A stretch of 64,000 bases of DNA, taken from Haliotis rufescens (Eukaryota). Below the pieces are notes generated by a model that searched no databases, had not been told where the DNA came from, and saw only the letters and a list, made by a program, of their open reading frames with translations. Where the stretch lies: NCBI RefSeq assembly GCF_023055435.1, contig NW_025963990.1, forward strand, positions 1,364,001 to 1,428,000. Direction: 5' to 3'. The translations under genes and the position numbers were made by a program. Positions 41,001 through 56,000 of the stretch are shown in pieces. Every line of letters begins with the position of its first letter. Positions within the stretch are counted from its first letter, which is position 1.

Positions 41001-43257
41001 ATGGCGGCGGCTCCCTTCTTCATGGCAACAGCTTCATCGTCGTCGTCGGGAGGGTGGTAGACGCGGAGAATCTCGCCATGGGGCGTGATCACAAACGAGA
41101 ACCTGCGAGATACAGTTTCAATGTAGACATGAAGATCTGATATATGTCATGGTCAAGCCTGACACATCTTGAAGACATGAGTTTTCGGGAACTGTAAAAA
41201 TATTATTTGCGATTGTTTGCATTTATCCTGTCTTCTTTAAGACGTTGTCTCACCTTCACGAAAGGTAGGAATTACAACGTCCTTCCCCAGACTGGAGGTG
41301 ACGCTACACCGCGCAGGATTGCTTTACCACGATGATAGCTGTAAACCTTATGATGCAGTATAAACTCACTTTATCACTCCCTCCCTCCCTCATTCACCCA
41401 TTGCCATACTCTTGCTTTCTAGACACGATAAACACCTTGGATATATATTACATTTCCGTCAAAGCCCAATACATTTCTACTTCAGATCACTCCTGCAATG
41501 AATATGGGCGATCATATATTAACACGTTTACACGCTTTTTGTATTGTCTTTTACCATTTTGAGAAGTCCAAACGGTGGTCGATGGTGTCTGAAAAGAAAC
41601 AAGAAAAAAAACTGTTTATACAGTAGATTGCGGATATTCTGTAACACGACAAGAAAGGCAGTATAAACCTTAAGGAGAAGCTAATGCTTCGAGACAACCG
41701 TGTTCGAGATATATGTTTGGTTAGCAGCTGAATCATTCGGCTTCCCCTTTCACAGCAACAAACTGAATCATTCGACTGCCACTAACACAGCAACAAACTG
41801 AATCATTCGACTCCCCCTTACATAGCAACAAAGTGAATCGTTCGGCTTCCCCTTTCACAGCAACAAACAATACAACCTGTATTGTATATTGTCTGTCAAA
41901 TATTGTGTATCAAATAACTAATGTTACGTGCCATGTATATTCGGCAACGCCTATCTGAGGCATTCCGTGTTCTGTCATCCATGTATCCCCAGACTGTAGC
42001 AGCGTCTTGGGGCTTGAGTAACATTCCCTTCACTATACATAGCCAATAATAAAGACACACATGTCTTCCTGGTTGATGTTAAATTACAACAAAGTGAATC
42101 GTTCGGCTTCCCCTTTCACAGCAACAAACTGAATCATTCGACTGCCACTTACACAGCAACAAACTGAACCATTCGGCTCCCCCTTACATAGCAACAAAGT
42201 GAATCGTTCGGATTCCCCTTTCACAGCAACAAACTGAATCATTCAACTGCCACTTACACAGCAACAAACTGAATCATTCGTCTCCCTCTTACATAGCAAC
42301 AAAGTGAATCGTTCGGCTTCCCCTTTCACAGCAACAAACTGAATCGTTCGTCTGCCACTTACGCAGCAACAAATTGGATCGTTCAGTTCACCCTTACAAA
42401 GCAACAAAGTGAATCGTTCGGCTTCCCCTTTAACAGCAACAAAGTAAATCGTTCGTCTGCCTCTTACACAGCAACAAATTGAATCGTTCAGTTCACCCTT
42501 ACAAAGCAACAATGTGAATCGTTCGGCTTCCCCTTTCACAGCAACAAAGTAAATTGTTCGTCTGCCACTTACACAGCAACAAATTGAATCGTTCAGTTCA
42601 CCCTTACAAAGCAACAAATTGAATAGTTCAGTTCACCCTTAAAAGCAACAAAGTGAATTGTTCGGCTTCCCCTTTCACAGCAACAAATTGGATCGTTCAG
42701 TTCACCCTACCAAGCACCAAAGTGAATCGTTTGGCTTCCCCTTTCACAGCAACAAATTGAATCGTTCGTCTGCCACTTACAAAGTAACAAATTGAATCGT
42801 TCGTCTGCCACTTACGCAGCAACACAGTGAATGGTTCGGCTTCCCCTTTCACAGCAACAAAGTGAATCATTCGGCTGCCACTTACAAAGTAACAAATTGA
42901 TGGTTCGGCTGCCCCTTTCCTGGTTTACATTAACTTTGGTGAATAGCCCCAGACTTTCATCAGACTGTACCTATGTCTTGCCTGCGTTTAACCGTATTGG
43001 CGAGTGGGGATAGTATTAGTAGCAGCAGCAGCAGCAGCAAAAGCAGCAGCAGTAGTAGTAGTAGTAGTAGAAGTAGTAGTAGAAGTAGTAGTAGTGGTGG
43101 TGGTGGTATTAGTATAAGTATTAGTATTAGTAGCAGTAGTAGTAGTAGTAGCAGCAACAGAAATACCAATAGTAGTAGTGGTGGTAGTAGTATTGGTATT
43201 AGAAGTAGGTATTAGTAGTAGCAACAGTAGGAGTTGTAGCAGCAGTAGAAGAAGTAA

Positions 43258-43311
<54 letters not shown>

Positions 43312-43985
43312 TTATGGTAGTGTTGGTGGCAGTAGTAGTATCAGTAGCAGTAGCAGCTATAGTAGTAGTGGTAGAAGTAGCATGAGCAGTATATGGAGAT
43401 GCGGGGAAAGGGTAGAGTATAGTAATGTGTGCTAAACTCTACACAACACGTGAGGTTGTTCAATACAACCTGTATTGTATATTGTCTGTTTTGTGCAGTG
43501 TATCAAATAACTAATGTTACGTGCCAGGTATATTCGCCAACACCTAACTCAGGCATTCCGTGTTCTGTCATCCGTATATCCCCAGACTGTAGCAACGTCT
43601 TGGGACTTGAGTAACATTCCCTTCACTATGAATAGCTAATGATAAAGACACGCATGTCTTCCTGGTTCATGTTAAATTACATAGAGCAAACTCAGACTTC
43701 GTAACCCGTGAAGATCCGGGGTAGAATAGGTCTTCAGCAAACCCTGCTTGCGGGATCGGGTGGTCCGACTCGCTGACTCGGTTAATACAAGTCATCGTAT
43801 CCCAATTGCTCACAGACTGCCATCGTATTGTTGGAATATTGCTGAGTGTGGCGTTAAATGACAAACAAACAAATAATAACTGAATTAGTCGTAGTAGTGG
43901 CAGTGGTGATGATAACAGTAATTATTATTTGTTTCAATAAAAGTGGTAGTAGTAGTAGTAGTAGTAGTGGTAGTAGTAATAATAA

Positions 43986-44033
<48 letters not shown>

Positions 44034-47000
44034 AAGGAGCAGCAATAGTAGTAGAAGTAGCTACCTTCTGTGTGTTTGGTCTTCAGCCCTAGAGCATACA
44101 TCTTCACGTAGACCTCTTGTCCGCCCCCTCTATCACCAACGTTGATGTAGCCGACCTGAATGATAGACACAAGATGATGACAGGAGGATGTACAGGAGGA
44201 GTTTTGATTTTTTACTCGTTACTTCGATTATGTTCTCAAAATTTCAACTATTGTCTCGAAATTGTTTTAAGTAAACTTGAAATAACGAGACAATAATCGA
44301 AATTATATCAAGGCAGCCTTTTTTATAATCGAGTATAGTCTAATCAAATTCAGAAACACCTAAATATCTAAGACGGCGAGAAGTATACTTGTAAAACAAG
44401 AACAGTGGTAACGGTCTATGACCTGCGTCACTTCGGACTTTCCTCCACATTTTAGCTGCACGCCGGTATATAACCGTTACTGAAATACTGTTCAAAGCGT
44501 TTCCCCACACTCACTCACTGTTTGTCATAACTCGATTGATAACTCCATGCATTCTTACATTCGTTACAAAATATCACCTTGCCTAACACATAAGAAATTG
44601 GATATCACGTGTACTTGAACAACAGGAGTCTGTTTGCCCTAGGATACACCTGATCAGACACGTTGGGTAGACGCAAGACAACTTCCTGCTAGTTACGTTT
44701 CAACTGGCACCCTGAATGCATTGGGAGGTAAAATACAGAGCTCGTGTTGTATAGCGTAATAATGGGGCTTGTCCCGGTCCACAAAGAACAGAACAGAATA
44801 GAACAGAAGTTTATTGTAGAGTGAAATTCACAAATTTTAACGTCGCAAGGGCAATTTTCCAGCCATAGCTCGACGATCCTATGATATTTAATTATGTAAA
44901 TAATGTTAAACCTTTTTTACAGAACTGAGCCAGTTTTACTAGAATGGGTTTGTATGAACATTTCATTAATTGATTGTATTTTAGAGTTGAGGGATATTTA
45001 GTATAGTATGCCGGAAGGTATTGTTTTCGAAGGTTATTTAGTCTTGGACATACTAATAGAAAGTGAAATTCATCTCCAATTTGGTCGTTACATAAAGTGC
45101 AAGTTCTCTCTGTTCTCTGTATGTTAAACCATCTGCCTTTCTCAATTGGTAGTCTATGATTTTTTCTCAGTTTAAGAATCCAGATTGCTTGTTTAAATGG
45201 GAGAGATAATAGATACTCATCAAACTGTGGTTTGTCTTTTAGCATTGTATAATATTTGCCTTTAGATGAAGAACAAGCCTTGACATTCCAGCTTTGATAG
45301 AAGTTGTCTATTAAGGTTTGTTTAATGTTTGTTTTAAGCCAAGAGAGATTTAGAAAAGAGTTAGTATCGAAGACAAAATTCAAACCAGTTTCATATAAAA
45401 TTCATCGCGATCGTGATGCTGCAGCTGTCCTAAGTCTAAGGCTCTATAGGGTTACTTTGCCCTCTTGGATCAGGAAGAATAACACTCATAATAACATTCT
45501 AATTCTAGAATGGGAATACATTTCCGAAAGTTTTCATGTAAATTTGCACCAGGTGTAGGTTTAGGTGTATATGTAGGTGAAGGTGTAGGTGAATGTGNNN
45601 NNNNNNNNNNNNNNNNNNNNNNNNNNNNNNNNNNNNNNNNNNNNNNNNNNNNNNNNNNNNNNNNNNNNNNNNNNNNNNNNNNNNNNNNNNNNNNNNNNNN
45701 NNNNNNNNNNNNNNNNNNNNNNNNNNNGTGTAGGTGTAGGTGTAGGTGTAGGTGTAGTGTAGGTGTAGGTGTAGGTGTAGGTGTAGATGTAGATATAGAT
45801 GTAGGTGTAGGTGTTGATGTAGGTGTTGGTGTAGGTGAAGGTGTAGGTGTTGATGTAGGTGTTGGTGTAGGTGAAGGTGTAGGTGTAGGTGTTGATGTAG
45901 GTGTTGGTGTAAGTGTAGATGTAGGTGTAGTGTAGGTGTAGATGTAGATGTAGGTGTAGGTGTAGGTGAAGGTGTAGGTGTAGGTGAAAGTGTAGATGTA
46001 GGTGTAGGTGTAGGTGTAGGTGTAGGTGTAGTGTAGGTGTAGGTGTAGGTGTAGGTGTAGGTGTAGATGTAGATATAGATGTAGGTGTAGGTGTAGGTGT
46101 TGATGTAGGTCTTGGTGTAGGTGAAGGTGTAGGTGTAGGTGTAGGTGTAGGTGTTGATGTAGGTGTTGGTGTAAGTGTAGATGTAGGTGTAGTGTAGGTG
46201 TAGATGTAGATGTAGGTTTAGGTTTAGGTGTAGGTGTAGGTGTAGGTGTAGTGTAGGTGTAGATGTAGGTGTAGGTGTAGATGTAGATGTAGATGCAGGT
46301 GTACTTTTAGGTGTATGTGTATACGTAGGTTTAGGTGTAGGTGTGGATGTGGATGTTGGTGTAGATGTAGGTGTAGGTGTGGGTAAAGGTGTATGTGTAC
46401 ATGTAGGTGTGGGTGTGGGTGTGGGTGTGGGTGTGGGTGTGGGTGTGGGTGTGGGTGTGGGTGTGGGTGTGGGTGTGGATGTTGATGTTGATGTTGATGT
46501 TTATGTTTATGTAGGTGTAGGTGTAGGTGTAGATGTAGATGTAGATGTGGNNNNNNNNNNNNNNNNNNNNNNNNNNNNNNNNNNNNNNNNNNNNNNNNNN
46601 NNNNNNNNNNNNNNNNNNNNNNNNNNNNNNNNNNNNNNNNNNNNNNNNNNNNNNNNNNNNNNNNNNNNNNNNNNNNNNNNNNNNNNNNNNNNNNNNNNNN
46701 NNNNNNNNNNNNNNNNNNNNNNNNNNNNNNNNNNNNNNNNNNNNNNNNNNNNNNNNNNNNNNNNNNNNNNNNNNNNNNNNNNNNNTGTAGGTGTAGGTGT
46801 AGATGTAGATGTAGATGCAGATGTAGATGTAGATGTAGATGTAGATGTGGATGTAGGTGATGGTGTAGATGAAGATGTAGATGTAGATGTAGATGTGGAT
46901 GTAGGTGTAGATGTAGATGTAGATGTGGATACAGATGTAGGTGTAGATGTGGATGTAGATGCAGATGTAGATGTAGATGTAGATACAGATGTAGATGTAG

Positions 47001-50000
47001 ATGTAGATGTAGATGTGGATGTAGGTGTAGGTGTAGATGTTAGGTGAAGGTGAAGATTTAGATGTAGGTGTAGATGTAGGTATAGGTGTAGGTGAAGGTG
47101 TAGGTGTAGGTGTTGATGAAGGTGTAGGTGTATGTGTTGGTGTTGATGTAGGTGTAGATGTAGGTGTAGTGTTGTGTCGGTGTAGATGTAGATGTACGTG
47201 TAGGTGTAGGTGTATACGTAGGTGTAGGTGTAGGTGTAGATGTAGATGTAGATGTAGGTGTAGTTTTAGGTGTAGGTGTAGATGTGGATGGGGGTGTGGA
47301 TGTGTGTGGGTGGGGGTGGGGGTGGATGTGGATGTAGATGTGTATGTAGATGTAGATGTAGATGTAGATGTATATGTATATGTAGATGTAGGTGTTGGTG
47401 AAGGTGTTGGTGTAGGTGTAGGTGTAGGTGTTGGCGTAGATGTAGGTGTTGGTGTTGGTGTTGGAAAAGGAAAGGGCCCTATGGAGATGTCTGTGTTTAA
47501 TTGCTATTGTAATATTAGCCAACTAAATGAGAATTCCAATGTGATGTGTGCCTGGCTGATTGTGTATCACTGAACCCCATGGGGTACCTCGATGCTTATG
47601 CTATCAACCTCTGGTTTGATAAGACTGTTCTCGATTAGCAAAAGGCTGCCTTGACTGCTGAATGGACAACAAAAAAGAAATTCAGTGAATGGAATGTTTG
47701 GGAGATCAGTTGATTTATCGACCATTAACTATGATCAAGCGTCGACTTGATTTGAGAAGAAAGGCCGAAGTGACCTATATCAACGACATTTTTGGAAATT
47801 GAAATGAGTTTGGTTAAACGCCGCTTTCAGCCTAACTAAGATATATTATGGCAATCAGTTTTACCTAAGAGAAAATGCAACGTCATGTCACAGACGCTCA
47901 TCACAAACATATTGGATTTACGATTCAGGTATTCAGGTAACTCACGACCAGCAGATCCTTGCACGACTAAGGGACGCAACTGATCATAGCGGACGTTAAC
48001 ACGTTCCCTCCAGAAGTACACTGTTCAGCTGCGCCTACAGTCAACAGCTGGTGATGTGTTCCGACCCTTAAGACTTGCGTCGTGGTAATTTAGACATGGT
48101 AGATTATTAACACTCTCTGTGTATTTAGCATTCACAATCTGTACATATTTATACAGAGCTCATTTCATTCACTAACCAACCTCACTCACATACTGTTAAA
48201 TGTTTTGTCAATGCTGTCTCAGTTGCAGACTCTAATAACTGACAGATGTAGAGGGCCCTTTAAGGTAAACGAATACTGAGAAATGGATGGAGTAACTGTT
48301 TACACAAATATGAATAAATATAAAGTAATGCATAGTCGATAAATGAACTGACGGAAACAATTAGCATTCACACTGGCCTGGGGACGACTATTCTGCTTCA
48401 TCTCAACAAACCGACATCCGGTGTATTTAATGTCATTACTGCAAAGGAATACCCGGTGATGCACGGGTAGATTTGAATCTAACGTCAATCATTTCCTTTA
48501 GGCCTATTCGCTTATGTCTTCCTATTAGTATATTTTGATTATGAAAACGCGGAATTAGAAAAATAAGCAATGTGGAAATAAAATAGGACTCAACAACTCA
48601 CCTTGGCTAACACTTGAAAATCTCCAATGTTTTTCACACTTGCATTGGGATCTTACTTGTACTGGTACTCAAACCCCGGTTCAAAGTTAATGAAACTTGA
48701 AGAAGCACATGTCAATAAAACAACTATTCCACAAATTGCCGGAAAATGATTTCCCGGCATTTTTTTAAGAATAAGTCCTTTTTTCTATTTTTGTGTCGCG
48801 TCTATATGCTTCAGCGATGTCTTACATGACTGCACAAAGTTGCAGCTCAATTCTACACACATGGACATGTGCTGTGTGATTGGGTCAGGGAAACAAGGAA
48901 GTTGATTTATGTGTAGATATAGTTGTCACGGGACCCTGCAGCACGCTGTTTTATTCAACTAATTCTGTTACAAATCTCTAGGGAAGACACGACAAAAACT
49001 TAAATGATATCAGTCTGAACATGTGCTCACCATCAATGATCTTATTCATAGCGGCGGTTGCGCTCGACACATCATCTTAATAATAGTACAATTCCAACTA
49101 TGTAATGAGCATGTGTTTTTATGAATCACTATCAAATAGTGATGATTCTCCAGCAACCCATGCTTGCCGTAAGAGGCGACTAACAAGATCCGGTGGTCGA
49201 CTTGCTTGATAAATGTCATCGTGTCCCAATTGCGTCTAACGATGTCAATTTCAGGATTGTTTTGAGTGCGGCGTTAAACACCAACCAAACAGAGACAAAA
49301 TCTCAGTAGTGTTGTGCTTGAAGTTAATGACACAATTTCTTTTCTACAGGTTAAGGCACGAACATCATGTATGGCTCAGTGTAACGGACAGTCTACCTGA
49401 ATTCTACATGCATCTTATGAGGAAGAGAAACAAACTATGGTTTTCCAATCATTAATGATTGCATCTGCTTGGAATTAAATAATCGTATGTGAGAAAATAT
49501 TAAAAACGTAAGCCAAGACAGAAATGTATCAGGAATATAAATGTGTTTTGACACTCTCTGATTAAATGTTTAGGTAGCACAAACAATGATGCTTTGAAAA
49601 GGAAATGGCCCCATGGAGATGTCGGTGTTGAACTGCTATTGTAATACACTCACGTGCAAAAGAAACGTCCCCAAAGTTAGAAATATATTATAATTGTTGA
49701 ATATAGTCAAAAACATGAAAAACAGTTCGGAACACATTGCCCAAACACACCAATGCAAGGCATCTCAGGGAAATTCACGTGCTGCATGTCAGAAGCGGTT
49801 AAAAATGACTTTATTCAATGAAATTGACTGCACGTGCAGGATATCACCCGTATGAAGATCGGTTATAAAAACCCGTTGGAAACTGTTCTTTGCACTAATC
49901 AACGTCTGAAAAACCTGCAGAACATGCCTAGATTAACTGTGGAAAAGAGACAAAGAGCGATTGGAATGTTGGAGATGGGGGCAACTCACGACCATGTTGC

Positions 50001-53000
50001 AAGAATCATGGGCTGCGCAAAAAGAACGATTGGCAGACTAGTCACACGTTACAGACAAACTGGCAGGACAGCAGACATGCCAAGGAGCGGTCGACCAAAG
50101 TCACTACGCCACAAGAAGACCGTTATCTACGTACGCTTCATTTAAGGAACAGATTCCTCACTGTGACGTCATCATCAGCGCATAGCCTTGGCCATCGTGT
50201 CAGCAGGTGGATAGTCTCGAGACGACTCCGTGAGCGAGGAATCAGAGCCTACAGACCGTTCAAGGGCATGACGTTAACGCTTGAATATCGACGTCGAAGA
50301 TTGGCATGGGCAAGACGTGTTCGTCAGTGGCAGCAACGAAAGTGGCAAAGAGTACTTTTTGGCGACGAGAGTAGGTTCCAGTTGAACAGAGCTGACGGCC
50401 GAAGACGTGTCTACCGCCGGCGTGGGGAACGGACGGCACGTTGTTGCGTTCAGGAAACGGAACCATATGGTGGAGGGAGTGTGATGGTTTGGGGAGGCAT
50501 TTGTGGGAACACCAAGACCGACCTCATTATCATCGATGGCAACCTGACAGCCCGTCGGTATATTGATGAAGTTCTGCAGCCCCATGTCCTGCCTTTCCTC
50601 CAGCAAAATCCAGGAACCTTGTTTCAGCCACACGACACACCGCAGCTGTCACAACGGCCTTTCTCAACGCCAACAACGTGCCCGTCCTGCCTTGGCCACC
50701 AAGACCCCCAGACATGTCTCCGATAGAACACTTGTGGGACCATCTTGGACGTCGGATTCGACAACTGCCACACCCTCCGTTGACGAGAAATGCACTGGCT
50801 CAGGCACTGCAGAGAGAATGGCGTCAGATCCCCAATCACGTGATCAGAAGACTTACACACTCGGCCCGACGACGTGTTCTGGCATGTATCGACGCTAGGG
50901 GTGGACATACGCGGTATTTACAGTCTGCATTCCAATTTCAACCTCTGTGTTTTTGTGATTTGCCGCTTTGGCTTGTGCTCGAATACTGGACCATCGACCC
51001 CCTTGTGATAACATTGACTCTACAGCTGTTCCATTTAACATGTTCTTTTTACTTCTGTCACACGTGCTTTACATACCTTTTTGTTATTCATATAAAACGT
51101 CATTATCTATTCGTGTTTGTGTTTGTGTTGTTTGTTAGTTGAAAAATGTTTGGAGACGTTTCTTTTGCACGTGAGTTTATTAGCCAACTATATGAGAATC
51201 CCAATGTGACGTGTGCCTGGCTGATTGTGTATCACTGAACCCGACGGGGTAGTTCGATGCTTATGCTATCAACCTCTGGTTTTATTAGACTGTTCTTGAT
51301 TAGCAAAAGGCTGCCTTGACTGCTGAATGGACAAAAAAACCCACGAAATTCAGTGAATGGAATGTTTGGGAGATCAGTGGATATATCGATCATTAACTAT
51401 GATCAAGCGTCGACTTGATTTGAGAAGAAAGGCCGAAGTGACCTATATCGACGACATTTTTGGAAATTGAAATGAGTTTGGTTAAACGCCGCTTTCAGCC
51501 TTACTAAGTTATATTATGGCGAATTAGTTTCACCTCAGAGAAAATGCCACGTCATGTCACAGACGCTCATCACAAACATATTGGATTCATGATTCATGTA
51601 TTCAGGTAACTCACGACCAGTAGATCCTTGCACGACTAAGGGACGCGGACCACTGGTCCACACGTTCCCTCCACAAGTACACTAAATGGCCCAGTGTTAA
51701 TATCAGCCGACAAAGCTGCATACACATGTTACCTACATATATTTCAGCCTTCTGTCAACACTTAGACAAGAGCTTAGGGGCACGGGGGGCCCAGTCGTCT
51801 AAGGCGCCGCAATTCGCTATGCGGAGTTGCGTCCCTTAGCCACGCCAGAAACCTATTATTGTGGGTTCGAATTCCGGTTCGCCCCGATAATGTTTCTAGG
51901 ATTGTCAGCACCATACCAATGCTCGTTGGTTTCACCAAAGTGGTACGCGTCTAAGACCTGCATCACTTCGGGCGTTCCTCCCATATTAAGCTGACACGCT
52001 GTGATATAACTGGAATACTGTTAAAAGCAGCGTTAAACCCAACTCACTCACTCACTCACTTAGACAAGCTGATGTGACGTGAAACCCAATATCTGTTTTT
52101 ATTGTGCATTATTGATAAAGATTATCATTACCAGAAAAAAATATGCCCGACGTGAATATGTATGTATGCAGGTAGCTATTTACTGATTAAGTTGTAAGAA
52201 AACACGAACGTATTTGTAAAGAAATCTGACGATTAACATGCATATGCAATATGAATATATTTATTTAACACCACATTGAACTTTCTCGATTCGCTAGGCA
52301 AGGTCTTGTGCCTATTTCTAGTCTAGGTCTTGTGTGAAACGAAGACATTGTCTGTAGAAGCAGGGTATTCCATTTAGAATGAATGATATTCGCCAAACCG
52401 TTTGAGTAAGCATGGAACCCCCAAAAAGTTTAAATAACTGATTTGCTTGATTTCCCTACCCGAGTCCTCTTATTGCGATAACATCGTACAATCGACGCTG
52501 CTCTTGGTCTATTCTTATGAATATGGAAAGGGTTCTGTTGCTTTAGTTTTCATAAACTGTATCAGTAATATATCACAACTCGAATTTTTGATTTTGTTCT
52601 CGTTACTTCGATTATGTTCAAGTTTGACATAAACTTGAAATAATAAGACAATATTCGAAATTATATCAAGGCAGCCTTTTAATAATCGGGTATAGTCTAA
52701 TTAAATTCAGAAACACATAAATATCTAAGACGGCGAGAAGTCTGCTTGTAAAACACGAACAGTGGTAACGGTCTATGACCTGTGTCACTTCGGACTTTCC
52801 TCCACATTTAGCTGCACGTCGGTGTGTAACCGTTATTGAAATACTGTTCAAAGCGTTTCCCCACACTGACTCACTGTTTGTCATAACTCGATGGAGAACT
52901 CGATTGATAACTCGATGCATTCTTACATTCGATACAAAAAAATCACCTTGCACCTCACACATGGGAAAACACAACAAGAGTCGGTTTGTCCCAGGATACG

Positions 53001-56000
53001 GCTGATCAGACATGTGAGGTAGACGCAAGACAACATCCTGCTTGTTACACTTCAACTGGCACCCTGAATGCATTGGGAGGTAAATTTCAGAGCTTGTGTT
53101 GTATAACGTAATAATTGGGCTTTTCACTTTCAACAAAACGATCGTGATGCTGCGGCTGTCCTAATTCTAAGCCTAAAATATAGGGTTACTTTGCCCTCTT
53201 GGATCAGGAAGAATTACACTCACAATAACATTCTAATTCAAGAATGGGAATACGTTTCCGAAAGTTTTCATGTAAATTTGCACCAGGTGCTGGTGTAGGT
53301 GTAGGTGTAGGTGTATATGTAGGTGTAGGTGTTGTTGCAGATGTACATGCAGGTGTGGATATGGATGTGGATGTAGGTGTAGGTGTAGGTGTAGGTGTAG
53401 GTGTAGGTGTAGGTGTAGGTATAGGTGTAGGTGTGTGACAAGGTTCCATATTGATGAACCGCCCCCTCGTATGCCATTTTGTATATTAAATGTCAATTTC
53501 ACTCGGGTGTTTAGTTATAGTTTCAGCGATATCTCACAAACCACTTCGGCCTTGACTGTGTACAAAACATGTTCTCAAGGTACAGACGCTGCACGTTCTC
53601 ATGATGGTCATATTACTTTTGTTAATCTTATCCGATGTATGGAATTTAAGTTTGTTTAGAAACAAACTCAATGTCCTTAGCTAGACTTCTTTAAGCCTAA
53701 AAAGCTTGATATTACATACCCTCTTATATTCCAAAGTATCATTTACCTACTATCCTAAATATCTCTATCTGCAACCCATCTAATCCAGACATTAGCAACT
53801 ATAGTTTTTATTTAGAAAGTCATCAAAACATTCCTAACTTTATTCCATTCCCCTCACCGAACACTGCCAATATTAAGTACCAAAAGCCAACCACCTGTCC
53901 CACCACCCAGGCGACCCCATTCTCCTACCCCATTTCCCTACCGCATAAAACCTCATATTGTCTTCTATGGAGCGACCCCGATCCCTAAAACAGCTGAAAT
54001 TAAACTGACTGAACGACTCTCTTGGAGATACTCCCGAACTGTGCACCAGTTGCTACGGCAGCGTTAGTGGCACAACGAAACTTCAGAGACCCGAGTCGCT
54101 GCTCAGCTGCACCTACAGTCAACTTGCGATGTGTTCCGATGTCTGTTAAACCCCTAAAGACTTGTGTCGTGGTAATTTAGACATGGGTAGATTATTAACA
54201 CTTTCTGTGTATTTAGCATTCATACTCTATCATATTCTTGCACGGATAGATTTGAATCTAACGTCAATCATTTCCTTTAGGCCTATTCGCTTATGTCTTC
54301 CTATTAGTATATTTTGATCATGAATACGCGGAATGGGAAAAATAAGCAATATGGAAATAAAATAGGACTCAACAACTCACCTACGCTAACACTTGAAAAT
54401 CTCAGATGTTTTTCACATTTGCATTGGAATCATACTTAAAATGGTACTCAAACCCCGGTTCAAAGTTAATGAAACTTGAATAAGCACATGCCAGTAAAAC
54501 AACTATTCCACAAATTGCCGGAAAATGATTTCCCGGCATTTTGAAGAACAAATCCTTTTTTTCTAGATGTGTTTCACGTCTATATTCTTCAGCGAGGTCT
54601 TACATGACTGAACAAAGTTGCAGCTCTATTCTACACACATGGACATGTGCTGTACATGTGTGATTTGGTCAGGGAAACAAGGAAGTTGATTTATGTGTAG
54701 ATATAGTTGTCAGGAGGGGCCATGCAGCACGCAGTTTTCTTCAACTAATCCTGTTACAAATCTCTAGGGAAGACACGACAAAAAATTAAATGATATCAGT
54801 CTGAACATGTGCTCACCATCAATGATCTTATTCATAGCGGCGATTGCGCTCGACAGATCATCTTAATAATAGTACGATTCCAACTATGTAATGAGCATGT
54901 TTTTTATGAATCACTATCAAATAGGGATGATTCTATGCAAGTATTTGCGACCCGTGAAGATCCGAGGTAGAATAGGTCTCCAGCAACCCATGCTTGGCGT
55001 AAGAGGCGAATAACAAGATCCGGTGGTCGACTTGCTTGATAAATGTCATCGTGTCCCAATTGCGTCTAACGATGTCAATTTCAGGATTGTTTTGTCCAGG
55101 TTCAATCATTCACAGACTGCCGTCACAAAGCTTGAATATTGCTGAGTGCGGCGTTAAACACCAACTAAACAGAGACAAAATCTCAGTAGTGTTGTGCTTG
55201 AAGTTAATGGCACAATTTCTTTTCTACAGGTTTAGGCACGAACATCATGTATAGCTCAGTGTAACGGACAGTCTACCTGAATTCTAAATGCATCTTATGA
55301 GGAAGAGAAACAAACTATGGTTTTCCAATCATTAATGATTGCATCTGCTTGGAATTAAATAATCGTATGTGAGAAAATATTGAAAACGTAAGCCGACAGA
55401 AATTTATCAGGAATATAAATGTGTTTTGACACTCTCTGATTAAATGTTTAGGTAGCACAAACAATGATGCTTTGAAAAGGAAATGGCCCCATGGAGATGT
55501 CGGTGTTGAATTGCTATTGTAATATTAGCCAACTATATGAGAATCCCAATATGAAGTGTGCCTGGCTGATTGTGTATCACTGAACCCGACGGGGTAGATC
55601 GATGCTTATGCTATCAACCACTGGTTTTATTAGACTGTTCTCGATTAGCAAAAGGCTGCCTTGACTGCTGAATGGACAAAAAAACCCACGAAATTCAGTG
55701 AATGGAATGTTTGGGAAATCAGTGGATATATCGATCATTAACTATGATCAAGCGTCGACTTGATTTGAGAAGAAACGCCGAAGTGACCTATATCGACGAC
55801 ATTTTTGGAAATTGAAATGAGTTTGGTTAAACGCCGCTTTCAGCCTTACTAAGTTATATTATGGCGAATCAGTTTCACCTCAGAGAAAATGCCACGTCAT
55901 GTCACAGACGCTCATCACAAACATATTGGATTCATGATTCAGGTATTCAGGTAACTCACGACCAGTAGATCCTTGCACGACTAAGGGACGCGGACCACTG

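Noticed and set aside
42960-47573. Poly-Ser/Leu/Thr and VG/VD-repeat ORFs
   Set aside because: Microsatellite translations, some spanning N gaps.
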